Below, piece after piece: positions 12,301 through 24,000 of a stretch of 64,000 bases of DNA. This stretch comes from Styela clava (Eukaryota). The stretch spans positions 16,926,001 through 16,990,000 of the forward strand of contig NC_135257.1 of assembly GCF_964204865.1 (NCBI RefSeq), written 5' to 3'. Position 1 is the first letter of the stretch; the number at the start of each line of letters is the position of its first letter. The notes beneath the pieces were generated by a model. It was given only the letters and a program-made list of their open reading frames with translations, ran no database searches and was not told where the DNA came from. The position numbers were made by a program, and so were the translations under genes.

Positions 12301-15300
12301 ATGACAATTTGGTGAGTTACATATACTTAAAAAGGGCGCTCCAGAGGTGTTTGTATCAATATGAAAAGTAATTAATTTTGTTGTGTAAAGGAACTGAAAC
12401 CTATGGGCAGGGGGTATAGTCACTTGGCTAACACAAGCAGTCCCTTGAACTCGTAATAGAACTGAAATAGGGAAATCGGAATAAAATTATTGCCTAACCC
12501 TAACCTGGTACACACGCTACGTGAGTACCCAAAAAGGGTGCTCCCGAAGTATGCGAACCAAGATGGCGGACATCACAATGTAATATGTGTACTAGGTTAG
12601 GGTTAGGCCATAATTTTAGGTATAAATACTACGGGAGGCTCTTGGCTAGTCTTCGAACTGATAATAGGACGAAAATAAGGAAAATTGGAAAAAAATTATC
12701 GCCTAACCCTAACCTGTTACCCATGTTACGTTCCGATGTCCGCCATCTTGGTTCGCATACTTCGGGAGCCCCTAAAAAAGACATGTACTGATGTTTTGCC
12801 TGTTGAGATTAACCATGGAATACTGACTACTTTCGAGAGACCTGAATGGGTGCTCCAGGAGTATGCTATATATATAGAGAGAGAGAGAATATACGGGAAG
12901 ACGACTCTAACTGTTGGTTGTTTAGGATTGCAGTTTGATGTTATTAAAAATATGGGTACTCCTGAAGTATGCGCACCAAGATGTCGCACAACCTGAACTC
13001 AGGTTGTGTACCAGGTCAGGGTTCAGGTTGTGTGACATCTTGGTGCGCATACTTCAGGAGTACCCATATTTTTAATAACATCAAACTGCAATCCTAAACA
13101 ACCAACAGTTAGAGTCGTCTTCCCGTATATTCTCTCCCTCTCTCTATATATATACACACTCTATACTTTATTTGATCGCGATACCCATTGAATACACAAT
13201 CTTTGTGGGTGTGCAACAGGCTGTCCGCAGGACACAAACCGGCCCGCCAAGCCATATAGTGTGGCCCTTGTCAATTCTCAGATTTTCCCCACCAAGCATA
13301 AAATCTTGATACGACAGTTTATGTTTAAAGGGGCCTTCACATGGGTAAAAATTCACAATGTTTTTGCTCTCGTAGCTGCGGTAAATCTTCCGCTGTTTTG
13401 CCCGGTGCGCTGACCTTTCCCGCTAAATTTTTGTATAACTCAGCTAGATATCTGGAGTTATATAGCCCACCGACAAAAATGTTTAACCCTTGATCTATGT
13501 GATACTTTACCATATGATTAATATCTGTATATAGAGTGGTGGGATTTAAAATGTTAAAAACAAGTTCTCCTTTGTATCGCAATGCCCAACTGAAACAAAA
13601 AAAGGCAACATAAACGGGTTCATTGATTATCTCAACATATCAAGAACGAGCGTGTGCGAGCCCGTACACAGCCTCTGAATCTCAGCATTGTCTGTATAGC
13701 ACAGATGCAAGCGCAAAGTGAATATGATTCGGCCCCCCCAACCTTACACCATTGATAAAATCCAAACGCATATCTTTACAGGACTATTACGCGGTTCAAG
13801 CTTATCAGGCTGTCAAATCTGCATACAACACGCGCTATATTTACGGACCAGGAGCTGAAACTATCTGTGAGTGTTCTGATTGATTTAAGTTAATAATTTC
13901 AAAAGTCAGTGTTGTGGTATATGCTCAAGGGCGCTCTTGATGTATGTGCACCAAGATGACACACAACCTAATACCCCTAACCTGGTAGTAGGTACACGTA
14001 CTATGTTCAGGTTGTGCGTCATCTTGGTGCACATACTTCGGGAGCACCTGCGCAAGTTATGGCTGTTTAGGGCAAGTAAATGTATGAATAGCACATTAAA
14101 GTGCAAATCTGGCCTGTGGCGAAAGAAACAAGCACAAATTGTGCTATTATTTAACACTGCAACAAGCTTTCACGATAAATCCGATTGGTTGTTTAGCATA
14201 AACCCAATCCAGCATATCTTAAACAAAATAAGGAGGAGATATTATATTTTACATCTTAACAGACTTGGCAGCAGGAGGTTCAGATGACTATGCATACGAT
14301 GCAGGAGTCCCACTTTCCTACACTATCGAACTCCGGGACAAAGGTAAAGACGGCTTCATTCTTCCTCCAGATCAGGTAAGATTTGAATTCAATTTTTGTC
14401 AATTCATTTTAATATTCGACGTTAAGATTTATTCGCGTGAGAAAAATTTTGATTTTAATATTAGAACCGGGGTATAGTATTTTAGGTGAGAATAATATTA
14501 TAATTCAACTAACTAAATCTGAATAAAATGGCGTGCACTTTTTCCTCAACAAAAGTTTGTTATAAACAAATGAAGTCTAAAAGATATATTCGGTTAGATT
14601 AAAACAATCACAAATCATCTATTGCAATCTGGTTTATTTTAAGAGGATAAGATTTACATTTTTATCCCGGGAAGAGGAAAGCCGATGAGACGGTTTACTA
14701 TTATGGCCAACCACGGCCTCTCGTCCGGTTACCAGCCCATGTCGTATTAGGGATTGGTTGGCCAGCTATGTATTTTCAGATGCATGGAATTTATAATGAA
14801 AGAAACTGTAACCGACCAACGGTTACGTGAACCACCCACCTTTATTCAATCTGTAGTTATGGTCTGCTGCTAAAACAATTCTAAGTATCAAACAACAACC
14901 AAACAAACCCGTACTTTTGGTATTGTTATTTTACCATGAAATATATTTTAGATCGGAGATCGGATAGTTCTAGTTATCCGACAACCAAACCCGTACTTTT
15001 GGTATTGTTATTTTACCATGAATTATTTTTTAGATCGGAGATCGGATAATTCTATAGTTATCCGACAACCAAACCCGTACTTTTGGTATTGTTATTTTAG
15101 GTTCCATTACATTTGAACCCACGTACATTTGAACCCATGGCAATTGCACCTGTATGCTATTGCACCTATGGATTTTTTTTTGTTTCACGGATAGTTTAAC
15201 CCATACTAACCCTAACCCATGGGTTTTAGCACCCGCATATAGATTGAACCCGTGGATATACGCATGGGTTCAAATGTACATGGGTTCAAATGTACGGTCA

Positions 15301-15504
15301 CCTTATTTTACCATGAATTATTTTTTAGATCGGAGATCGGATAATTCTATAGTTATCCGACAACCAAACCCGTACTTTTGGTATTGTTATTCTTGAATTA
15401 TATTTTAGATCGCACCAGTCTGTGTGGAGACGTTTAATCTGATGAAAGTAATGCATCAAGGCGCACTAGACATTGACGCGGGCATCATTGAGCCAGTGCA
15501 ATAA
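5450..15504 (+). CDS. Preprocarboxypeptidase B-like (M14A) paralog 2, 12 exons, ~420 aa
   Basis: Exons 5450-5511, 5864-5933, 6460-6530, 6932-6986, 7486-7593, 8033-8233, 8957-9064, 11934-12137, 12222-12311, 13782-13866, 14263-14375, 15409-15504 total 1263 nt with a closed frame. Signal peptide [15 protein letters not shown], prodomain (IDFW..VDVRI), activation site [43 protein letters not shown]. Confidence 0.93.
7829..7874. repeat. (GTT)n microsatellite, ~15 units
   Basis: Perfect trinucleotide run in intron 5 of paralog 2; explains the poly-V and poly-T ORFs. Confidence 0.97.
8650..8859. mobile_element. Tc1/mariner-type MITE
   Basis: TIRs CAGGGTGTTAAAAAAGT...ACTTTTTTAACACTCTG; TA present at the right end only. 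Confidence 0.6.
9133..10717. mobile_element. Non-autonomous foldback DNA transposon, IS3EU-like
   Basis: Termini TATGG...CCATA and 6-bp TSD ATGGAG (9127-9132, 10718-10723). The element is one long inverted repeat with a ~20-nt spacer (9904-9923) and a repeated subterminal GGCCCATCGTTGTCACG motif. Confidence 0.8.
10493..10644. other. Assembly gap (152 N)
   Basis: N run, positioned where the T-rich mirror of the A-rich tract at 9158-9380 is expected. Confidence 0.99.
11065..11475. mobile_element. hAT-like MITE (CCCAT/ATGGG-rich family); second copy 38323-38786
   Basis: CAGG..TGTCCATGGG ... CCCATGG..AGGCCTG termini, degenerate 8-bp TSD TGTATATT/TGAGTATT; the two copies align along their length. 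Confidence 0.7.
12334..12772. mobile_element. Two adjacent TTAGGG/YY1-motif MITEs (asymmetric form 12334-12530; long form 12536-12772)
   Basis: GGG..CCC ends, CCTAACCCTAACC cores, AAGATGGCGG in the TIR of the long form; TAAAAA flanks the pair on both sides. Confidence 0.8.
12867..13153. repeat. Near-perfect ~290-bp palindrome around a short-form MITE (12954-13065)
   Basis: Arms 12867-12998 and 13021-13153 are reverse complements with a 22-nt spacer. Confidence 0.9.
13929..14049. mobile_element. Short-form TTAGGG/YY1-motif MITE (also 30829-30922, 37275-37384, 44438-44549, 58048-58158)
   Basis: ~115-bp hairpin GTATGTGCACCAAGATG...CATCTTGGTGCACATAC. TSD GCTCAA/GCGCAA here; perfect TATTTT TSD at the 44438 copy. 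Confidence 0.8.
14896..15412 (+). repeat. 84-bp tandem repeat (about 3.6 units) duplicating the last splice acceptor of paralog 2
   Basis: Unit CAACCAAACCCGTACTTTTGGTATTGTTATTTTACCATGAATTATTTTTTAGATCGGAGATCGGATAATTCTATAGTTATCCGA starts at ~14896, 14982, 15066 and 15361. Confidence 0.9.
15100..15302. mobile_element. Merlin-like MITE inserted in the 84-bp array
   Basis: GG..CC termini, TIR core TACATTTGAACCCA repeated, perfect 8-bp TSD TTATTTTA (15092-15099, 15303-15310). Neighbouring repeat units show the empty site. Superfamily is inferred from termini and TSD. Confidence 0.75.
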
Positions 15505-15588
15505 ACAAGAATGAATTGTTGTGTAATTATCATATAATTGATTTGATATTAATGAATATCGATACAAATTTTAAATAATTATTAAATC

Positions 15589-15594
15589 AATAAA
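15589..15594 (+). terminator. Candidate polyadenylation signal of paralog 2
   Basis: AATAAA 85 nt after the stop codon; the 3' UTR is alignable to those of paralogs 3 and 4. Confidence 0.5.
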
Positions 15595-16130
15595 ATACAT
15601 ATTGTTTGCATAATCTAGTGTTTGATCTATAATAGATTACTTGTGCATATATCTGGAAAGATGTGCTCTCTGGTAATATGAGCTTCTTTGGTCTTGCGAT
15701 TTCTTGGTGATGTTCGAATCATTCCTTGTAATATTAGTGAAGACTACTTACTGTATCTGAGCCGTTTAAGTGTAGAAAAGGCTGTGTCGCGCTTTGGGTG
15801 GATGCCATCGGTTTACGCCATTTGCAGATTGGCCCATGCGTGTTTCTCCTCAATTTAAATGGTGGGGAAACAGACTAGAATTGGGCAAACAATTTTAGGC
15901 CATGTAAGTTTTTGAACATCGATATCCTCAGTTGCTTCGGATCTCAGACACTCGGACACTTTTTACGCTTAGACTGCTGGTTGTCATTCATGATGAGAAT
16001 CATTGGTTGATTTTCGTGGTTTGACGTGATATTTGTCAGCTTTTAGTTTCGTTTCTAAGATTCAGGTTAATGTCGAATAACTCAATGGTTATTTTGTATT
16101 AGCGTTACTTTAGTTGCAGTGTTCAAAAAT

Positions 16131-16363
16131 CGGTACTCATGTAGTATGCGAACCAAGATGGCGGACACCGGAACGTAGTATGTGCACCGGGTTAGGGTTA
16201 GGCCATAATTTCAGGTACAAACACTACGAGAGTCACTTGGCTAGTCCCCGAACTCGTACAAAAATAAAAATAAAATTGGAATAAAACTATGGCCTAAATC
16301 TAACTTGGTACACATACTACGTTCGGTGTCCGCCATCTTGATTCGCATACTACGGGAGTACCC
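16131..16363. mobile_element. Long-form TTAGGG/YY1-motif MITE (also 22642-22888, 48603-48839, 60621-60843, 61491-61738)
   Basis: ~75-bp TIRs GGTACTCC..GTATGCGAACCAAGATGGCGGACAC..GGTTAGGGTTAGGCCATAA. 6-bp TSDs ATTGCA (48603 copy) and AGACAA (61491 copy). Confidence 0.85.
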
Positions 16364-17440
16364 AAAATCAGCCCCGAGAAAGCTGCTTTATATCAGATTA
16401 ATTTGGCGGACAACCCTATCAAATTTAAACGTACCCAATATCGTTTATGGTTTATATATTGAAGTATCATCTGTTGATTGCTATAAAACTATTTCACGAT
16501 TTCAAGCTGTATTCTATTAGGACAGCACTTGGAAAAAAGTCGCAAATAGTATCTGGGGGCACTTTACCCGCTGTTTACAAACTTGAATTACTTGGAGGCA
16601 CTGACTGATTCTGAGAATAGGCTATTTAAGTTTGAGACTAGACTTTGGTATTAGGGGCGCGTTTTGAAGTTTTCCAATCCCAGTAATCCAAAAACATTTT
16701 ATCAATGAGTATCTGAGCCTAGGATTTGTATCATTCCTTCCTGCGATCTCGGTTTTTCTGTTGTATCTCGTTGACATTTTTCACATGTTCTTGATGAATT
16801 TAATTTTCCCACTTATCATACATTAAGTTACAGACATAAAACAGGGAACGCTTTACTCGCTGTTCACAAACTCGATATGCTTGAAAGCCCAAACTGGTTC
16901 TTAGAATAAATCGTTTTGAGGTCGGGTCAGGACTTGGATATGGAAACGTCTATTTTAAATCAAGTTGTGTAAAGAGACTGAAACTTATGGACAGGGGTAT
17001 ATTAATTTGGCTAACACAGACAGTCCCCGAACTCGTAATCGAACTAAAATAGGAAAAATCGCAATAAAATTATGGCCTGACCCTAACCTGGTACACATAT
17101 TACACATATTAAGAAGACAAATTCACCATTAGATATTTGTACTTCTATTTCGCAAACACAACTAAGCACTAAAAAAATCATGAACCTCAAAATCTGTCCT
17201 GTTCGTTTAATTCTAGTCTTGTTTTTTTGCCATTTTGTTGCTGTTGCGAGAAAATCCCATTACTTATTTTACAAATGGTATAGGCCGATAAAAATCGGTT
17301 TGCATAAAAAGAAACACAATTAGATTTAGTAATAGCAAAAAAAAGACGAGCTCATCCAGCTTATTTTGGATTCTATCATTTTTGTTTCATTCTTTGCAAT
17401 CGAGAAAGAGGTTCAAAAGTTCCAACTTGAGTTCCAATTT

Positions 17441-17637
17441 TGGCGCTCCAGATGTGTGCGTACCAATATGGCGGTAACTAATTCTGTTCGCCTACTTTAC
17501 ATCAAGTTGTTCAAAAGAACTGAAACCTATGGGCAGGAAGATATTTACTTGGCTAACACACTCAGTCCTAACTAAAATAAGGAAAATCGGAATAAATTTA
17601 TGGCCTAACCTGATACACATACTACGAGAGTATACCC
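17441..17637. mobile_element. Asymmetric-form MITE of the same family (also ~16960-17100, 20135-20293, 24971-25156, 26317-26511, 35745-35937, 45987-46192, 51085-51302)
   Basis: GGCGCTCCAGA.GTGTGTACCAATATGG...CATCAAGTTGTGTAAAG...CCTAACCCTAACCTGGTACACATACTACG recurs about 9 times in the window. Confidence 0.82.
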
Positions 17638-18026
17638 CGATTTTTAAGGTTCTTGAAGCGTTATAGAAATGTAATTTTAAAAAGTTAACATCAAAATTTA
17701 TGGCGCATATTTATTATTCAATTCACCCAAAGCACGTTAGACCATCTCTTACACTTTAACAGCTTGAAAATGGTAAATAGCCTTCACTAATATTACAATG
17801 AATGGTTAAGACATCACAAAGACGGCCAAAGACGCTATCGACTTAATTAACAGACAACACATTTAACCACAGATCATAAATAATCTGTTCTAGATCAAAC
17901 AGTGGGTCATTCAGACAAAATGTATTTCAATGATTTATTAATTTTTTTAAAATTTATCATCAATATTGATATTCATTAATATCAAATCAATTACACAATA
18001 ATTAAACAGCGCTTCATTCTTGTCTA

Positions 18027-21000
18027 TTACTCGAGTATAATGCCGTTAGCACGGTCTCGTGCACCTTGATGCATTACTTCCATCAGATTGAACGTCTCGA
18101 TACAGACTGGTTCGATCTAAAATATATATTTCATGGTAAGAACGGAACATCAAAATTACAGGTGTTGACGGGTAACAAACTAGATTACTGTCACTCGTAT
18201 ACAGGGGCGTATAGCCAGGAATTTTCAATGGTAAGGAAAAGGGGTGTGTGCTGAAATTTATAATTGCCAAGTCAGAACGTAACAGCTAGCGGTTACGGTC
18301 AGGCCGGGTCCGACCTCTTTCTTTTATTTCTGACTACAGCCAGATTGCAAAACATCATTACTTATCGATTTTAATCGGTAAGTATGTTGATAGGTATTTG
18401 TCTGTCTGTTTGTTTGTCTGTATGTCTGTTGAATCTGCTCTAGATTTTGCATGTGCATTCATCATATGTCGTACCAGAAGCCTATTGATTTTGGATGAAT
18501 TATGTAGTATAATTAGCGAGTTATTAATTAATTAGTGATGGGACACAAGGTGTCACTATGAAGTAAGAGCGCTGTTTTGGGGATCCCCTAACTTTCGATC
18601 GATAAGTCTTCGGTCTCTGACCGATATTCTCGTTTATTCATTTGTGATTGCTCCAAGTCTAAACGAACCGGAAATATCTGAGCAAATTTTTGCTTCGAAT
18701 TTACTCTCACCGCATCGCTTTATTCAAAGTTGGTGCCTACACCAAAGTCATTTTATTACCAAAGTCTATTCGCAAAATCAGAGAAACGCTTCGAATAAAC
18801 AAGTCTAGAAAATCACAAAACATTGCTCACGGGTCTGCTAAACGCAACCCAAAAGTTGGTAGGTCGGAGACGCTCTCTACATCTTGTAAAACCAGTGTCG
18901 ATACAATAACGGAGTATTGGCTCTTGACTCGGCGGTAACCTAAGTTAGCTATCAAGATAGGTTCGAATCTCAAAAGAGATGTGATAATGTGCAACAGGAT
19001 TGTTTGACTCCTCGCCGTCGCTGAGTGGTTCACGTATTAGCTTGTCGGCCGCGACATCCCTCCTCAGCCACATTTGTAAGGATATATTGACGATATGAAA
19101 CGATTAGACAAGTTTTTCAAAAATTCGAATTCAAATATAAACTAAAATCTTACTTGGCGTTCTGGGAGAGCGAAGCCGTATCTACCTTCGTCTCGGAGTT
19201 CGATAGTGTAGGAAAGTGGGACCCCTGCATCGTATGCAAAGTCATCGGAACCTCCTGCTGCCAAGTCTGTTGAGGTGTAAAATATAATATTCAATTTGCA
19301 TTTTATTTTGTTTGTCTTGGCTATAGATTGGTTCATGCAAAATAACTAATCGGCATTATTGAATATTCACCACTGTATTCTAAAAAGCCTATTCTATATA
19401 CATAGAAGGAAAATTTTTCAAATTTCAGTTTGCCTATTGCAGCAGTTCAAACGTCTCATATAGTTGAAAAAAATTCCATCAATTTGTAAATGGTCTAATA
19501 AGCTATTTCGGCAGTTGAACAGCACGACATTAATATCAACTTCGAGCATGTGTTTGAATGTAGCATAAAACTCCGTCAAAATACACACTCACAACACCCA
19601 TGCCAATAAACGCTAGTTTTGTTATTGGGTAGTTGTTGTCCTGGGTGTGTGCCGTTCCTGCGTGCAAATGAAAAAATGTTTATTGAGGTTTGTCGCTTCA
19701 GCTTGTATCATGATTAAAAATTTGGTACGACATTCCTGTAGATGAGACAGAATTGCTCAATAGCAAATAGGCAAAATAGTTATATTGATTCGATTGTTTG
19801 AAAATTAAATCATTATCGGAATTCTAAAAGAATACTCACAAATAGTCGTTGCTCCTGGACCGTAAATATAATTTGTATTATACGGAGTTTTGACAGCATT
19901 ATAAGCTGCAACTGCGTAATAGTCCTGTAGATTATATGAAAGATTATTGATTGAAATCACACACTTTGCGTTTGTGTATTCGCTGAATTATTGTATTTAC
20001 TAAGCAGAACTTAAATGTAACTAGCAATTTGAAGCTGATGCGGAACGGAACTTGTCCCCGGGTCTAACCAATATAAGTAGGTTATTTAGAGAAAGTTATT
20101 AAACGATGCTAACAGCGGTGTTTTACGTTTTCCGATCTCCTTATTTTAGTTTTATTACGAGTTCGGGCACTGTCTGTGTTAGCCAAGTGAATATGCCCCC
20201 TGTTCATAGGTTTCAGTCCCTTTACACAACTTGATGTAAAGTAGGCGAACAAAATTAGTCACCTCTATATTGGTACACACACTTCTGGAGCGCTTATTAC
20301 TATATTGAAAATGTATTAACAATAAAGTAAATTTCATATTATATCCAGATTTAAGTTTTTCAGTATTATTCTCTAGTAACTAGAGTCTAGTTCAAACTAT
20401 CTATATATTTGTGTGTAATTCCAAATGCCCAGTCTGGACTTCCATAAATAAGGTTCATATTTTCTTGTTTAAGAAACTTCCCTCACAAAATGAAAACTTA
20501 TGAAAAAATAGAAAATTCCTACTATGTAAAATTTTCATCCGTTAATTTCGACAGACAACATATTTGTGAACTCACCAAATTGTCCTTAGTAGCAGCCACA
20601 CCTTCCGTGTAGGAGTACGGATAAAGGATCATTTGCCCGTATGCGTGGAAGGTAACATATGCTTTCTGTAAAGGAAGTCAATATCACGTGATTTAAGATT
20701 TGAAAGTGTTATGTATAAAAAACGTTAATACCATATTATATTCGAATGTAAATAATATTTAAATATTCACCAGTGAATTGATATTTGCTCGAATGAAATC
20801 TGCCACGGCTTTCACTTCAGGCTCAGATTCTTTTTCAGGTCCGTAGTATGTTTCAGAACAAGGCTTTGATGATGATCCTGGTCCTGACCATCCTGCATCA
20901 CAGTTTCTGTTTGGATCAACACCGTAGCAAATACTTCCTGCGCGTTTGGAGCGAGTTTTTCTCCACATTCTGTCCTGAATATTTAAATATATGGGCTTGT

Positions 21001-24000
21001 AGAATTCTCTTTGTCGGATATGCTAACAGCATTACTCACTTTTTGTATTGTCAATTTTTAAAGACATATATATTTGTAATTGGTAACATGAGTTTTTGCG
21101 TGGATCATTTTGCGTGGATGATGAGGCACTTGTACAACGAAATGATTTGAAAGGACAATCATTGCGCACCTCAATATAAAACGCTTCGTTTATTTTATCA
21201 GAAAACTTTTGGTACTTATTTAGCTTCAGAATTAAAAACTGAACAATCCAACATAACGATATATGGATCCAAATCATGCCAAAAATATTCAATGGTATAC
21301 AAAATAATTCACCTTCAGGTACAATTTCTTATAGGCTATCAATTTTAAATAATTAATAATATTTACAAAACATGACTCACAGTGGTGTGTGTGTATTCAT
21401 AACCGTCAACGTTTACTACGGGAATCACGTGAATAGTCAGGTCGTTCAAGATTTCGGAATCTATCAGCTGTAAAAAGATCATACATATGATATATATCAG
21501 ATGTCTTAGAATGAGATAGGCCCCTCTAGTCTAGGCCACATATTGAAAAGATCTTTACTGTATATACCTGCTACCATGAGATGTCATGTTCAATCATTTT
21601 GTTGTATATAAGCAACGCAGTTGGACATTTTTCAAATAGTTTTTTCTTTTATGATGTATATATGTATATATATATATATATCATTTTACTTATTATGTTG
21701 AAAATAAATTTCGATATACACAGTGTGGCCCAAAAGTAGGTATACAGTTGTTAAACTATTTTATATGCTTCGAAGCTACTCGCAGTTCACTTTATGTTAT
21801 TTGTTAAGTACCACAAAAATTGCCTATGTTTTTATATAATAAATCTAGTGTGAATTTTACATTAGTTTTCTAGCTGCTTGGAAGGTAATACACTTTGAAA
21901 ATCTTTTTTTTTAATTGAGTGTTAATGACGAATAATTCAAATGAAGAGCAAAGAAAACGGATATTAAAGAAATATTGGAAGTATGAAAATGCTGAGACTG
22001 TACGTAGGGCATGGCAAGAATGCTTTCACACTCCTCTTTTTCATAATAAGTAAAATGACTCAAATCAAAATCGTGGCATGAAAAAGTTATTATCGCGCCT
22101 TCTTTATAAATAATATAACTAACACCTTTCGGAAAAAGGTCTTTCTGATATCTTTCAGCATGCTTGTTCATAAAAAAGAATTCATCTATGAGTTTTCATT
22201 AGTCATTCACCTGTTGAACGTAGCATTGGCAAAAAGCCGGAGAAATCCATTCACGAGCATGAAATCCACAATCAACAAGCATAGCTGGTTTGCTATCGGA
22301 GGTTTTAAGAGTTAGCATTGGGATATCTCTGCCTTCCCAACTGGTTCCAATCACACTTCTTGTTACCAAAGTTGGATACTGTTGTTCCATATCCATCGTC
22401 CAACTATTAATCTAGAAAAATCAAAAAGATACAGCATTACTTGTAATTTTGAAATAAAATGAAAAAAATGAACATTTGTGAACTAAATTTTTATCTTCAA
22501 ATATGCGAATGTTTGAGAAAGCTTGATAGATCACCAATTCACGCGTTTAGAAAACTGATGGAGAGAATTTGTACCGCGGCAGGTATGAAGAGAATATAAT
22601 TTTAGCACATGAAACTACGTCGACTCGTTTTTACCATACCACGGTACTCCCGAAATATATGAACTAAGATGACGGACACCGGGACGTAGACTCATATGTG
22701 TACGGTACCAGGTTAGGTTTAGACTAAATTTCAGGTACAAATAATACGGGAGTCACTTGCCTAGTCCCCGAACTCGTAATAGAACTAAACTAAGGAAAAT
22801 TAGAATGAAATTATGACCTAACCCTAACCTGGTACACATACTACGTTCCGGGGTCCGCCATCTTGGTTCACATACTCCGGAAGTACCCTCTACTTTAAGC
22901 TAATTCTTGATCATCGTTAAACACAAACGTAACCAACCATCTAGCGACAAAGATCATTCAAACGTAACACTGAAGCGACTTCGTAATTTAAAACACTTAC
23001 TTGATCGTAAGTGTGATATACGTCGTAATTGTACCCAATCAATGCCTTAGGATGGTTGCTTCTTGGTTCAACTTGTTCATCAATCGCCATCTGTACATCT
23101 CCGATTTTGACCTGAATTCATGATGTTTCTTTTGATTTACTTATGTATTGAAATTATTGGTGACACACTCATGCACAGTTGTTTTTGAAGCGTGGGGTTA
23201 AAATATTTTCATACCTATTAAACCGTCTATGTCATTTTTTTTTTAGTATTTCTCTGTTCAATGGGGGTTTGAAAAGTACTGATTGTAACAAAAATAAATT
23301 CAAGTTTCAGATTTATCCTAATCGGAAAGTTCTACTAGTTATATCAATAAATAAATTTGCTCAAAAACAATATTATTGAGTTATGTTTGGTCGGATTAGC
23401 AATACATTACTTCCTACAACTTGTATTGATGCGGTAGATTGAGCTCGACTATTTACAAAAATTTATTGTATGTTCAGACCAGAGGTGGGTAATGTTTTTG
23501 GACCCGGGGCCAAAAATTTGGCCCATCTAGACTGGCGGGCCATGTAAGTGTGACGTAAAAAAAGTTTCGTTCAATGGGCAATACAGTGTTCCAAAAACAA
23601 AAGTGAAAAACAATAAACCTCGTGCCAAAACTAAATTTAATCGCTTACTCAATAAATTTATTGAGCTATGTATTTTAGCTAAAACATCAAAATTTGGTTT
23701 TAGATTGGTTTTGGCAGCATCAGACGGGTCAGAATGAATTACCCAACGGGCCGGATTTGACCCGCGCGCAATAGTCCGTTTTCGACTTTACTTTCTTGGG
23801 AATATAAACTGAGTCAAGCTCACATTGAATACTAGAATGAAAAAAAATAAATAAATAATAACACCTACTTCAAAATTGATTCCTGCATCTTTCATCGTGC
23901 GCTTAAATTTCATCAATTGAAATCTGAATTATAAAACTTGAAATTCATATTTTGAATTTTTAACACGATCTGTGAAGTTTTTAAAATAGGGTAATTGAAT

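Noticed and set aside
12595-12608. Interstitial telomere or chromosome-fusion scar
   Set aside because: Only about two TTAGGG units per site, always inside MITE sequence.
12585-12791. Recurrent [17 protein letters not shown] ORFs (also 48598, 61468)
   Set aside because: Chance frames through the MITE TTAGGG core; lengths and stops differ between copies.
14896-15412. CRISPR-like array (repeats with a hairpin)
   Set aside because: Units are head-to-tail with no unique spacers, the context is a eukaryotic intron, and there are no cas genes.
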